The position numbers and the translations under genes are program-made. From Selaginella moellendorffii (taxonomy: Eukaryota > Plantae > Lycopodiophyta), in NCBI RefSeq assembly GCF_000143415.4, contig NW_003314418.1, positions 62,001-126,000 of the forward strand: a stretch of 64,000 bases of DNA, in the 5' to 3' direction. The notes beneath the pieces are model-generated. The model made no database searches. It was not told the origin of the DNA and worked only from the letters and a program-made list of their open reading frames with translations. Shown one piece after another: positions 14,291 to 28,555 of the stretch; within the stretch, counting starts at the first letter, position 1, and every line of letters starts with the position of its first letter.

Positions 14291-14617
14291 GAGAAAAACA
14301 AAGAAAATTACAAATATCAAAACACAAATAGAAGGAAAAAAGTACAAAAAAAGACAAGCAAATAGGAAAATAAAAAACAAAGCTCCTTTTGTGAATATGA
14401 GAAAACAAAACATGAAAATATGTAGCAAAAATAATTAAAAATGCATAAAATAATCACATAAAGTCAAAGAATTTCTAGCATGCACTTGCACGCTAAAGAC
14501 CCAATTTAATGTATTGATGAAAGAATATGAGCTCACAATAAACCAAAGTCAAATTAAGAGAGAAACAGATTGGTAAGTGCAAGTTTGTAAAATGACCAGA
14601 GAAATGGCCTGAGAGTG

Positions 14618-15385
14618 GATATGAAGATGCTCTTCCAAGGCTATAGCCACTTCTTTGCACACATCAGCTGCATGGCTCGCTGTTTTCAATGTTTTCAACA
14701 CCGCTTGGCAATACCTTCGAAGAGAAACCTTGTGTTAACGAAGCATACAGTTAAAAATCACTACCAACCTTAAAGCTTCATTTATCTTTCCCGCTTCAGC
14801 AAGCATCGACGCATAAATAGGCTTGTATGGCTGAAAAGGAAGTAAAATAAACTGGGAATTGCCGGTCACTCTTGCAAATTCGTACACTTCCATTCGCTGA
14901 TGAAGAAAAGGTTAACAATTGTTAGGACAAACACAGCTTACCTGGATAGCTTCTGGACTAGTGTATGTGCGTGGATACTTACAATGGTCGGCACCTATAA
15001 GACAAAGATTGGCAGAAGAGGAGAAAGGCTCAAAACTAGCATTTGCAACAAGATAGCAAATATGGGCTCCACATATCTGCAAGTTAAAACTATGAGAAAC
15101 ACCAACATGTGACCATGTATATACCTCATCTCAATGTCTCCAGAGAAAATCACCAAGATGCATAATCACTCTCTCGTCCCCATTAGTTTAGTTAGCTGCC
15201 ATTATAGCTAGGTTTTCCTGCCATTCTTCGAGCATTCCTTCTACTGCGTCCTGCAAGTCAACATGTACTCCTTAAGCAAGAGAGTAGCTTGATAAAGTAT
15301 TTCACCTGTGTTGCACCATCTACAATGGACGCTAGAACCAGTTGAGGTTGAAGCACTATTGATCTACTAAATTGATTTGCTCAAG
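14618..15385 (-). pseudogene. SEC16: SEC16 (COPII scaffold) central-domain exons, fragment
   Basis: Spliced exons give WQENLAIMAAN..HLGD, AHICYLVANASFEP..LCLIGADHCKYPHTYTSPEAIQ, RMEVYEFARVTGNSQFILLPFQPYKPIYASMLAEAGK and YCQAVLKTLK. It is the reverse complement of ~54170-54760. Confidence 0.85.
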
Positions 15386-15624
15386 TGGTTGATCACAAGA
15401 AAACATGCGAAATATAGTTTCTTTGTTGATCAATTTTATTGGCAGATTTTCCTTTAAGGAAAAATCTTTTATATCCGAACCAATTTTTGGTTTAGGGGTT
15501 TCTTGTCTAGGTATTCCTTTGACTATTAAATAAAAATTGACTTCTAAAATTAGCTGAATTTCAAAGAAATCTTTTAAGATTTGTTGTTCTTAGAAACCAT
15601 CTAAGCCTTCATCCCAATTATAAT

Positions 15625-16541
15625 TGTGTTTACGAAGTTGCTTGGGTAAATGATGATCAACCACAAAGTGGTTGATAGTGAAGCTAGTCTACTTGCAAGT
15701 AGTAACATTGTAATAGCTTTGACCAGATTCTTGTTGGTGGTCCATTATGCTAAGCTTATGTTGGTACCTTGTTTCCTTGGGTTTGCCCATAAAGTGTTGA
15801 AAAAGGGTTATAGCATTCATTTGCTATAGCTTAACAGTTGATCCGTTAGCACTCGGAGTAGATTGTTGGATGGAGAAGATGTGTAGTTGAGGCATTGACA
15901 TCACTAGCACTTGTATTAGTGGAGATGATATTGTTATGTTAAGTGATGAGGAATTTTCCTTAGAGTTTGATGTTTCATATCATTTTTTTTGTTAGTGTTT
16001 TAGCTTCATATTGGATCTTGAAGGTAATTGAAAAAGAGTGTTAGTGCAATGTGGATATCTAAAGATATAGTCTTTGTGATCAAGCCTTGGATATTCATTA
16101 TGCATTTTTGCGAATGTCAGAAGTATGGGCAAAGATGTTCAATGCTTAGACATATTGTTGGATCATGGGAATTTGTGTTGAGGTGAAACTATGTGAAGTT
16201 GTAGATAGGAGGAAGTTGGTTGAGTCTTGAAAGTTTGTATTCCTGGACTGAGAGTCATTCTTTCTCTAGGATGGAAATTTTCGACAAATTTTCTTAGACT
16301 TTTCTAATTGCTGATCTGTTGATCATTTTGCTCAAAAAACATTTCATTTTCATAAGCCAATACAAACTAGTGAATGGGTTGAAGTTGACTTTGGTTGGCT
16401 TAGATCTTAATAGGTAGTTTGTATGATGCGACCCGAAAGGGATGTTGACTTTTGGGGCTAAAGCAATTGAGTTGGATAGCGTCTGGAGTTGGTGTAGAAA
16501 AGTGGCCGTTGCACTTTTCTAAGAAGGGTGACCCTTGTGCC
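15625..16541 (+). mobile_element. Family B internal-region fragment
   Basis: Reverse complement of ~61295-62225. Confidence 0.8.
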
Positions 16542-17903
16542 TGAAATTTAAGACGGAATAACAATGGGCCAAGATTAAATACAGTAACAAACTTCAACTT
16601 TGACACTGAGGTCCAACATCGAAACCCCAACCTAGAAATATATATCACTCGCAACCAACAAGGAAGAGTGCATTCAAGAAATCTCAACATTTTAAGAAGT
16701 ATTTTAGGAGATCCTATGTCAAGATTACAAACTTATAATGCAAGAATATTAATTGAGACTATACCTTGGGAAGTTTGCAAAGCGATTGACTCTGATCGTG
16801 AAAGAGAACATGTTATACGACAGAGGGAAGTAGAACAAAACCGACAAGTACAGTATCAGGGAAATGCACCATCACAAAATCAACCATAGAGAAAAGCACG
16901 CTGGATAGATTTGTGCACACATAGGCTTAAAGCAACAAGAATCTGTTGGAAACCATACTTTGATGTGTGGATGTCACTTGAGACAAGAAATATACAAGAA
17001 TTAGGACATTAAAAATACAACCACTATTGTATTCAGCATTTTCAAATCTTACCAACGACTGGGAAACACAAAAGCTCATAGTGAGAGCTCGCATTCCAAA
17101 ATAACCAACACATTGTAAGAGATCAAAACAATTTTTCAAGATTGGACTACTAAAGAGAATTGCAATCGTTTGCATACCTACTCAATCCCAAAGTTGGCGA
17201 GTAGTATCCAAATTTACTAGCGAACAGCTAAATCAATCAATTTATGATAAAACAGACCTCCTTTCAACAAACAAAATCGTGCTTACTTACACCATCAGAT
17301 TTTTCAAATACAAGACCTTTCCTAAGCTAGACTCAAGAAAGTAACCTTGGGACGAAACTCGGGAAGAATCGAGAAAGAAAAACTCGATTGAAGACTCAAG
17401 ACACAAGAGTTTGACTTTGCATTTATAGTACAAAACCAAACTTGCAGAAGACTCAAGACATAAGAGCTTGACTTTGCAATCTATGAAGAACAACAATTGA
17501 CTCAAGATAACTTAAGCAAAACACAAATTTAGGAAACTTACCTCGACATTCAAGTTGAGAAAACTCAGCAAACTCAATGTATAAATAGAAACTAGATCCA
17601 ATCAAAATCCAGGAAAGAGATCTTTAACAAAATAATTGAGAAGTGAAAAACATAGAGGTAATAAAAGAGAAATTAGAACAACAATAACAACAAATTTTAG
17701 AAATGATTATAAACAAGTACGACAAGGATAAATAAATTCAAGTTGCCGAGTCGAGAAACCCAATCAAAGATAACAAAAAACTGAATATCAAAGACACCCC
17801 AAAGTTTGAGGCATTTGAAGAAGCAAAATACACAACACCAAAGTTTTACTCAAATCTGGACTCACTAGAACAACAACTCAACCAACAAAGTTTACAACCA
17901 CCT

Positions 17904-20900
17904 ATGGCAACCATCAACCCAATGAGTACAATTGGAAGTATGGTTATATATCCAATTTTCACAAGAAGTAAGTCAGAAGATTCAAAATTACATGTAAAAC
18001 AATTTAACAAGATTGTCAAAATGAATAATCAAGAACAGCATCAAGCTATACTTTTCCCATACACACTTAAAGGAAAAGCTCTTGAGTGGTATAATACACT
18101 AGAGGATTTTGTACCACATGACTAGAAACTTGAACAATTCAAGGAACAATTCCCAGCCGGAGGAACACCAGAGGAGCATTATGAGAAAATTAAGAATATA
18201 AAATAGTGACCAAAGGAAGGAATTCAAGACTATAATAGACGATTCAAATTACATGCAAAGAAATGTAAAGATCTCATCACCGACAAAGGCAAGAGTTTGT
18301 CTTATATACAAGGATTATGAGAAGCCTATTGCAATATGATAGCCTTGGCTGATACATCTGATGAAGAAAGCGTTGATTCACTATCTCAAGGAATTTTAAA
18401 ACTTGAGAAATAGTTTAAGCAATTCACTAAAGGTGAATTTTCTCATGCTAATGATGACTCGGATGATGAAGAGGAAGAAATATTAATCAAAACCAAAAGA
18501 AACAGACACAGGGAAAAGACATTAGACATGTATTGAAGAAGTTAGCTTCAACTGAACTTAAACAAGGAGTCTTTTGTACAAAATGCAAAAATGAAGGACA
18601 TTCTATTTCAGATTGTAAATTTCATTTACTCAAATGTCAGATTTGTGATAGGGAAGGATATATAGTCAAGAATTATCGATATAGAAATACCACCAAAGTT
18701 TCAAGAGTGGAAAATGTTCAATGAGGACCACCATGACAAAATTATCAAGGAAACAACAACCAAGAACAAAGACCACCAAGAAACTATTATTACCAAGATA
18801 ATCAACAATATAATCAAGGATATAACCATGGATATAATCCCCCACGAAATTAAAACTATAGTCAAGGACAAAACAATTTTAGAGGCAATTACAACCAACA
18901 ACGATACAATGGACAACTAAACAATTATTAATGTCCACAAGGGAACAATTACAACCAAAACCAACAAAGGCAATATAATAATTACAACAATCAAGCATCG
19001 TAACAAAATTATCAACCAAGACAAAATCAACTACAAGAAAATCAAACTAGACAACAATACAATCCACAAAACCAAAGAGTCAATCAAGCTCCTGCTGGAA
19101 GACCACTAGCAGTATGAGTAGTTCAAGCAGAAATTGATGTAAAAGATGAAGAACAACTAATGACTGAAGAACCAGAAGTTTTGGCAATCACAAGAACACA
19201 ATATGAATGTTAACAATCTGATAATTATGAAGAACAAAAGGAAAGTGATCAAGCATTAGAAATCGGGAATACCGAGTGGAAAAAGAGTAAGAAAATACTT
19301 AACACCATTCAACAAAAGCTTTAAAACAAAGATCCCAAAATTATTAATAATCAAATACATAATCAAGACGACCAAACTCAAGTATTAAGCTTTACTCAAG
19401 ATGAGCATACAACCATTGCCAAGCACATACTACAGTAGGGAATTACTTTAACCCTACAACAAATACTACAAATAACACCATATATGAAAGACCAAATCTT
19501 AAAGATATGTAATCGAAGGATCTTTGAAGCTCGCACACAAGGGAAACACCAATCTCAACCAACATGACAAAAACAACCTAAAAGAATCAAACCCGGTGAT
19601 TATGATGATGATGTACCTTGTATCAACATACACATTGCACCATTCATTATATGTATGGTTGATTAAAGAGTTGTCAGACTAGTAGGCATCATCCATGATG
19701 TCTCTATGATAATCAAAAGACATAAATTTAAAGCTAACTTTGTTGTGTTAAAAATGCCAATTGAAGAATCTTGTTAGGCAGACCTTAGCTTAACAAAGTT
19801 GTTTCTGCACAGTATTGGATAGAACATAAGATATGTATCCAATCCCAACAAGGACAGACTAAAATATCAACATTGACAAGCAAGAAACTCTCAAGAAGTT
19901 TTTGACCAACACAAGTTCAAAAATACAATTGGCAAGAAGGCTTAGACGATCTTGAAGAAACTAAATTATTTGAAGTATATCTTGAACTTAAGGCAATCCA
20001 AGAAATTGACCTCAACAGGATCTTTCCTGTAACCAAGCGTCAAGACTATGAAGATTCAAAAATAACCCAATTTAAAGAAGACACATACAACAAAAACCAC
20101 CATACAAAAAGCAAGACCAGCGATACAACCAAAATAACTACAAACTACAGAATATCACCTAGATATACAAGATGAACCAGCTTTCACCATTGAAAATCAA
20201 GAATTCAAACTTCGCGTAAATATCAATGAAGATATTGAAGAATTAAATCTAGAGGTTCCCTCAAATCCACAAAATGTCTTAATAGTTACATAACTTGACA
20301 AACCTTTTAAACTTGACGCTACTGTGCTCCTTACTAAGTATAAAGATGTCTTTGCTTGGTTATATAAAGACCTCAAAGGTATACCACCTGATTTATGTGC
20401 ATATTGAATCGAATTACTTTCAGGAATTCGACCCATTAAACAAATTGCTTACCAAATGAATCCAATGTTCGCTGAAAAAGTAAAAGCTGAAATTAACAAA
20501 CTCTTTGAAGCAGGATTTATATATCCAATACAAAATGCCCAATGGCTATCACCTTTAGTCATTGTACCCAAGAAAAATGGGAAATTACGCATCTATATGA
20601 ACTACAAGAAGTTAAATGATGCAACTACGAAAGATGCTTTTCCCATCCCATTTTCAGATGAAATACTTAATGCCATCGCCGGTCATGAGATGTACTCATT
20701 TCTTGACGATTTTTCAAGTTACAATCAAGTACTTATAGCTGTTGAGGATCAACATAAAACAGCTTTCATAAGTCCATGGGGAGCATATGCATACATGCAA
20801 ATGCCATTTGGATTAACCAATGCCCCATTTACATTTCAACAGATTACTACCGATACTTTCCAAGATTATCTCACAGATTTCATGTGAGTCTTTATGGATG

Positions 20901-22538
20901 ACTTTAGTGTCTTTGGACCTAAAGACAAACACCTTGAATACCTCGGACGAAACCAAGTTGCTCTGAATCCTGAAAAATATACTTTCTTTGTTAAATCAGG
21001 AATACTCATATTGTTTCCACTCATAGCATTCAAATCGATAAAGTTAAAACCGACGTCATTATGAAAATGCAACCACCTTATGATCTCAAAAGTTTGTGAA
21101 GTTTTCTAGACAAGATGGGTTACTATAGAAGATTTATCAAAGACTATACCAAAGTCGCTAAACCCTTAACTGATTTACTCAAGAAAGACAAATTCTATCA
21201 CTGGACTCAAGAATGTCAATAAGCATTTTTGATACTCAAAGATAAACTTACACAGGCACCAATTCTTGTCTAACCAATTTGGACTCAAGAATTTCTTGTA
21301 CAAGTTGATGCCTCTGACTATATGGTAGGAGCAATTCTTTGCCAAAAAAAAGATGATCATTGTGATCACCCCATATATTATTCAAGTCGACAACTTTCTC
21401 CACCTGAAATGAATTATACACCTACAAAAAAAGAAGCCTTAGGTATGATATATGCCTTAACCAAGTTTCGACACTATTTACTTTCCAACAAAGTAAAAAT
21501 ATTTGTCAATCATCAAGCATTGATTCATCTGCTCAACAAATCCATCCTTAGCGGACGAATAGCAAGATGGTTTTTGTTATTATAGGAATTCAATTTTGAA
21601 ATAGTTCACAAACATGGCAAATACCATGAACAAGTTGATCATCTCAATAGAATTACAACCGGGGAAAATATACAAGACCCCAACGATGACTTACCTGATT
21701 ACATCTTTTTAAGATTACCACCCATGATACATTTCAAGAAATCTTTCCTTATTTAACTACTACAAAAGTTCCCACATCATGTACTACGCAAGATCAAAGG
21801 AAACAAGTCATCTTGAGGACATGAGGATACTCAATCGTCGGAGGAAGACTCTATAGAATTAGACATGATAATATATTAAGAAGATGTGTACGTTCACAAG
21901 GAGAGATACACGAGTTACTAGAAGAAGCCCATGCCTATTGCTCTGGAGGTCATTTTGTAGAAGAAATTACAGCAAGGAAAATTTTGCAAGCAGGCTTATG
22001 GTGGCCTACATTATGGAAAGACACTTCACAGTTTTGTCAAACTTGTGATATTTTTCAACATACATAATTTCCACCCAAGAAACAAACACAAGAACTGAAT
22101 CTGACTATAGCAATGGAACCTTTCCAAAGATGGGGCCTAGATTTTGTAGGACCCATATAAAAGAGCAGAAATGGAAATCAATATATTTTGGTGGCAACAA
22201 ATTATATGACAAAATGGGTAGAAGCCCAACCACTCAAGAAAGTGATAGCAAAGGAAATTAATAAATCATAGTTTTATATTAAGTTTATGAAATGATTATC
22301 ACAAGATATGGATTACCTCGAGAAATAGTAATGGATAGAGGAACACATTTCCTCAATGAAACAATCAAGATTTTACTAGATGAATTTTTCATCAAACACA
22401 AGAAATCTACACCATATTATCCACAAGGTAACAGCCAAGCCGAATCCACAAACAAAACACTCAAGAATATACTGAAGAAAATAGTACAAACCAATCTTAA
22501 AGATTGGGATAATAGAGTTTATGATGCTCTTTGGGCTT
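17904..22538 (+). pseudogene. Gypsy gag-pol of element C (stops and frameshifts)
   Basis: ORFs 17904..18125, 18533..18724, 20456..20887 (RT), 21322..21585 (RNase H) and 22292..22612 (rve core: DRGTHF, PQGNSQAE). Confidence 0.92.
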
Positions 22539-25500
22539 TGTTAAGCACTAGCTTTGACCACGTGGTCAACGTCGGTCAAAGGGAGGCTCAAGGGTATATT
22601 AAGGCATGTTAGGGTAAGGGACTTGACCTACCCTAGGGCTCATAGTGGAGCAGTAGCGCAGTGGAGCTTTTGAGGTAGCTCAGGGGTGGTTGGGTGGTGA
22701 GGAACCTCAAGAGGTGGCGTAGTATAGTCTAGGGCGACTAGATCTTTGTCTTTTTGCACTGGATCATAACATTGGTATAAGAGGAGTTGGTTGCGATGGC
22801 CGACCAAGTTGAACGCTGGAATCCTATTGTTGATGGTGGTGCCAACGATGGTGCCAACAAAGCTGCGGAGATTTGGACCATTCAAGATGTGGTTCATGAG
22901 CTGTGAGCCTTTCATCAAAATCAACAAGAATAATGGCCAATCTTCTTCTCATGGTAAGTCAGATACTAAAAAGTTGCAAACTTTGTAGCGTGAGGATGAC
23001 GAAAACGACCATTCCGGTCGGAGGAAGAAACTTTTGATCGTTGCTCATAAGCTCAACTGTGTGTGGAACAAGATGGAGCTCGAGGATACGCATAAATTAG
23101 CTTTAATGCTGAAGGGCGTGTTCTGTGGCGATCTAGTGCGGATTTTATTGGATAGTGGGAGCGATGACAACTTTGTTTTGGCAAAGTTTGTTGCGGAGCA
23201 TGGCTTGGTCACACGCGGAGTTCTTCCATACATAGTGGAAGGTGTAGCTACCTCTGCTCAGCATTTCGATGCTTGTGTCAAGGGGTTGAAAATGTTGGTT
23301 GGCAAAACCACACTTGTGGAAACTTTTTATCTTCCGGATATCCATCGTGTGGATCTCATTCTTAGGATGCCATGGTTGATGAAGGTGGATCCAGAGATAA
23401 AGTGGAGTATTAAGCTTATCTCGTTGGAGTATAGTGGCATTAAAGATGTGTGGTTTGGCAAGGGCATTCAGCCACCAATTGTTATGCTCTTTACTACATC
23501 TTTGAAGCGGGCTTGTCATAATGGAAAAACACTTTCAAGTTACTTGCTATTTGTTCATGACTTGGGGTACCAAAGCACGTGTGGGGGAGAAGTAGCAGTA
23601 CAGGATGTACTTGATGAGTTTTCTGATGTTTTTCCATTTGAAATTCCTCATGGATTGCTTCCGTTACAAGTGTGGAGCATTTTATCTCGCGAAATTTTAT
23701 CTCGCGGATATCCATCATGTGGATCTCATTTTTGGGACACCATGGTTGGTGAAGGTGGATTCAGAGATAAAGTGGAGTATTAAGCGTATCTTGCTAAAGT
23801 ATGGTGGCGTTAAAGATGTGTGGTTTAGCGAGGGCGTTCAACCATTAGTTGTTAGGCTCTCTACTACATCTTTGAATTGGGCTTGTCGTAATGGAAAAGC
23901 ACTTTCGAATTACTGGCTATTTGTTCATGACTTGGGGGCCCAAGGCATGTGTGGGGAAGAAGCAGCAATATAGGATGTACGTAATAAGTTTTCTGATGTT
24001 TTTCCATCTAAACTTCCTAATGGGTTGCCTTTGTTATGAGGTGTGGAGCATGGGATTACATTGGAGCCAGGGACACAACCAATTTACCGGCATCCATTTT
24101 AGTTAAGTTATGTGGAGGAGCAAGAAGTTCAACGACAAGTTAAAGAGTTACTTGAGTTTGGATTTATTCAGCCAAGTAAGTCTCCATTTGGTGCTCCAGT
24201 CTTGCTTGTGAAGAAGGACAATTCAATGCAAATGTGTATTGACTACCACGCTTTGAACAAGAAGACAGTGAAGGATAAGATGCCGATGCCACGTATGGAT
24301 GATATCCTAGACAAGCTTGGTGAAACACGAGTGTTTACCAAGATTGATCTGAGGAGTGGATATCATAAGATTGCAATAGATGATGCATCTATCTCCAAGA
24401 TGGCATTCAACACAAGCTTCAGACATTTTGAGTTTACAGTTATGTCGTTTGGTTTGACGAATGCACCAGCCACATTTATTTGGTTGATAACGGAGGTATT
24501 TAGGCGTTATCTTCATGAGTTTGTGGAGATTTTCCTAGACGATATTCTTGTTTTTAGCAAAAATATGGAGGAGCATAAGGTGCATTTACGCAAGGTTCTT
24601 TTATTACTCCGAGATAGCAAACTTTATGCAAAGAAGAGCAAATATGAATTTGCAAAGTCAGAGGTGGATTATCTAGGCCATATTGTGACATCTAAAGGTG
24701 TCAAGATGGATCCAAGGAAGGTGGCTGTGGTGGAAAACTTGCCTACACCGACTACAGTGGCCAAGTTGCGCAGTTTTCTTGGTATGGCTAGTTACTACTA
24801 ACGATTCCAGCATAAGTTTGCAAAAGTGATTATTCCTTTGACACGGTTGTTACGCAAGAATGTGCCATTTGAGTGGAAGAAGCCACAAGAGGAGAGTTTT
24901 GTGGTGCTGAAACGATTGTTGAGCGAGACTTTAGTGCTTCGCATTGCTGATCCATTGAAACCTTATGAGGTGACATGCAATGCGAGTGGTTATGCATTAG
25001 GAGGAGTTCTCATGCAAGAGGGACAGCCTATTGCATATGAGAGTCGAACTTTAAATTCCACAGAGCAACACTATTCCATATATGAGCAAGAGTTACTCTC
25101 TATTGTTCATGCTTTGCAGACATGGCGGCACTATCTTTATGGTGTAGTGTTCGTAGTGTTGATAGATTACAAACCACTTGTGTATCTTTTCACATAGAAG
25201 GAGTTGAACACTAGGCAAGCTCGTTGGATGGTCAAACTTATGGAATTTTGGGAGTTTCTTATTGAGCATTATTCAGGAAAATCAAATGTGGTGGCAAATG
25301 CTTTATCTCATGTTTGCCATGTGATGGCGTTACAAACATAGTTTTGTCATCATTTGAGTAAGGTGGTTAGCAAGTTTGAGCAGTTGGTTGAGTATGCTCA
25401 GGCTCAAGATGTTGAGGTGGTCTCATTGCAAGCCCAAATGGAAGCACCTTTTTCATTGGTGAATGGGATTCTTTACTACAATGGCCATGTGTATTTGCCA

Positions 25501-26973
25501 TGGATGGATGCATTAATTATTCAAGTTTTATTCCACTATCATGATCGTCCAGAGGCTGATCATTTTGGGGGGAAGAAGACATATGAGTTGATTAAGCATA
25601 ATTTCTATTGGAAGAATATGAAAGTTGATATCCTTGAGTACTGTAGGTCATATGAGCTCTATCAATGAGTAAAGGTGATATGGGAGAAGCCAAGGGGACT
25701 TTTGCAACCTTTATCTATTCCTCAAACCTATTGGTGTAGTATTTCTATGGACTTCATCACTTGTTTGCCACGAACACAGAGGGAAAAGGAGCAAATGTGG
25801 GTCATAGTGGATCGTTTGACGAAATATTGTTAGTTGTTGGCTCTTCGGAAGAGTGTCACTGCTTTAGACTTGGTTGTGGTTTACTTGGAGAAGGTTTTTC
25901 TTGATTTTGGTTTGCCAGAAGACATCATTAGTGATCGAGATTCAAAGTTCACCAGTGGATTTTGGAAAAGCTTTGCAAGGCTATGCAAGACAATTTGAAC
26001 CTCTCGAGTGGAGATTATCCTTAGACGGATGGTCAAACCGAGCGTGTGAATCAGATGGTGGAGGATATGCTATGTTGTAGCATTGGTCAAAGGCAAGGAT
26101 AATGGGATTTATATCTTCCATTAGTGCAATTTCCTTACAACAATAGCCAACACAATGGAACCAAGCTAAGTCTTTACTTTGCCATGTTTGGAAGGCATCC
26201 TCTAACAACAGTGGAGTTGGGATTGCATTTGAGTAAGGACGTTCAAGATAAGCTTGATTCCAAGGCAATTGATCTGGCCACAGAACTTGATGAGATTCTG
26301 ATGGTGTGCAAATAGAATTTGCAAATAGCTCAGGATAGAGCAAAGAAGTTTGCCAATGAGCATCACTAAGTCTAGGAATATAAGGTGGGTGATTTCATCT
26401 TTGTGTGATTTTTCCGTCAAGTAAGTGGCGGAAAACCTTGGTGCCTTTACGGACAGGGAAGAGTGATAAACTTTCTCATCGATATGCTGGCCCATATGAA
26501 GTGCTAGAGCGGATCAGTAAGGCGGCTTATCGGGTGCGGCTGCCAGTTAGGGTGAAAATTCATCCGATATTTTATGTCAACCAGTTGAAAGGTGTACTAC
26601 CTCGGAGTGACGGGCCTAATGCCTCCTTGATGTATATGGATGTGGAAGATGGACCAAGAGCTTGACCAGGGTTCCCCAGAAAGGGTGATCACCGGTACAA
26701 CTCGTCCTTGGGACAAGGACTTTGTTGGGGGGGGAAGAATTGTTAGGTGCCAACTTTGACCACATGGTCAACGTCAGTCAAAGGGAGGCTCAAGGGTATA
26801 ATAAGGCATGTTAGCGTAAGGGACTTGACCTACCCTAGGGCTCACAGTGGAGTGGCAGTGTAGTGGAGCTTTTGAGGTAGCTCGGGGGTGGTTGGGTGGT
26901 GAGGAACCTCAAGAGGTGGCATAGCATAGTCTAAGGCGACTAAATCTCTGTCTTTTTGTGCCGGATTATAACA
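22539..26973 (+). mobile_element. Nested Ty3/Gypsy element D with 233-bp LTRs
   Basis: LTRs 22539-22771 and 26741-26973 (TG..CA). Met-type PBS tggtataagag at 22773, polypurine tract 26727-26740, TSD GGCTT/GACTT. Removing it restores DALWAYR of the host integrase. Confidence 0.95.
23034..26665 (+). pseudogene. Protease-RT-RNaseH-integrase of element D
   Basis: Motifs LLDSGSDDNFV, SPFGAPVLLVKK, DLRSGYH, FLDDIL, YESRTLN and the GPY module RYAGPYEVLER..IHPIFYV. An internal ~370-bp tandem duplication spans ~23322-24050. Confidence 0.93.
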
Positions 26974-27255
26974 GACTTATAGAATAGTATATAAAGTTTC
27001 AACAAATTCAACTCCATTCAAATTAGCTTATGGACTTGAAGCTTTGACACCACTAGAATATACTGTACCATCCTTGAGAATGGTAATTTAGCTGCAGATT
27101 AATCAAGAAGAATCAATCAAAAAAAGATTGGCTATGCTAGAAAAGTTAGATGAAGAAAGATTATATGCTTTATGGACAATTGAAGCCATACAAACAAGGA
27201 GAAAAGCTTATCACGATAGAAAACAGACTATAAAGAAAACTGATAGATTTGAAGT

Positions 27256-27279
27256 AAGCTCTATTTCGTTAAAGTGGGA
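27256..27279 (+). repeat. Left TIR
   Basis: Exact reverse complement of 45344-45367. Confidence 0.95.
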
Positions 27280-27697
27280 ATTGTCATTATCCCATTTGTA
27301 AAATAAGGTTTCCAAACCTTTATATAGTATATAAATATAACAAAATTCAACTGCATTGAGGCACATGCCATTTTATTTTAAACAAGGAAATGTCTACTCA
27401 ATCACTTCTCCTCCCCCTGCCACTGCTTCACCTCTCTCTTCTCCTTGTCATCGTCATCCAATTTCTTTCCATCCTTTTAATATTGGCTCAGTTGCTCCGA
27501 GTCTAGGTGGAGCCCAAGTCCCCATTCAATCTTTACTTTCCCCTTATTAATAAAACAACTTCGTAGACTTCCAATAACATGCTGTAACACTTCTAGTATA
27601 ATGCAAATCCTCTCAAAGAATTGTCTTTTAATATTAATACAATGGCATGGAACCCCATGCCATAATAAGTTACATTTTTAAATAAATACATGCCATC

Positions 27698-28555
27698 TCA
27701 GACTGTTATTTTTTGCCTCCAACGCCTATACAATAATCTTGGAATTTCATCACTCTCCACACTATCAGGATTTAAACCCAATAGTAATGCCATCTCTTCT
27801 CTAATACGTCCACGCTCATGTTCAGTGGTCGAAGAACCTATCCGGTTGAGCAGATTATGGAGATGCGGATAGTGCTTGGCTAGACAATATACATGCCATA
27901 AATGATGACTGGTGTCTGTCCGATCAAATGGCTTCTGATATACCGTTCCATCTGCCATTTGGTTGATTTCTGCAGCCACCTCCTGGACTGGCCGGTTCTC
28001 TATCACCATCGCTTCAAGCCGTTTTGCAAGGTCCCCCAGAACATACGGTTTCTTCTCCCTAGTTTCCATACTGCAAGAGATGGGGTGCACTGCATATGTG
28101 TGCGTGTTCGCTGCAGTTTTAATTGGTGAGTCATCGATGATGAGGATTTCACTTGACCTAGCAGTCCAGTTCATCACTACAGCCTCTGGCTTGACGAAGA
28201 TGGGCTTGCTACCCCTCACATGGACCATAGTCAAGCAATCCTCCTGCGTTAGGAGAAAGTCAAATGATAATATTACTCGCGTCTGATCGTCTGTAGCAAC
28301 GTTAATGCATTGTGGCGCATCATGGATGTCCAAACTCCCAATTGCAAATTGAACCCGGCCCTCTGTTTTAAGTGTCACATGGTCATTATTAGATCACGCA
28401 GTTTCTCCCGTGTGATTAATGTGAATCTGTCTCTTTTGACCAACTTGCGACTGTAGGCTTTGGAGGGTGCAGTGACATTCGAGGACGAGCCACGCTCATG
28501 GGAGAAAAGGACACCGTTCAGATCAAAAACGATACAGTACTTTCGCCGTGACTCT
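27698..28555 (-). pseudogene. FCP1/NIF-type HAD phosphatase-like domain
   Basis: CIVFDLNGVL (motif 1, DxN), LQLGVWTSMMRHNA (motif 2, read through a TGA), KPIFVK (motif 3), ILIIDDSPIKTAAN..AVHP (motif 4). Confidence 0.8.
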
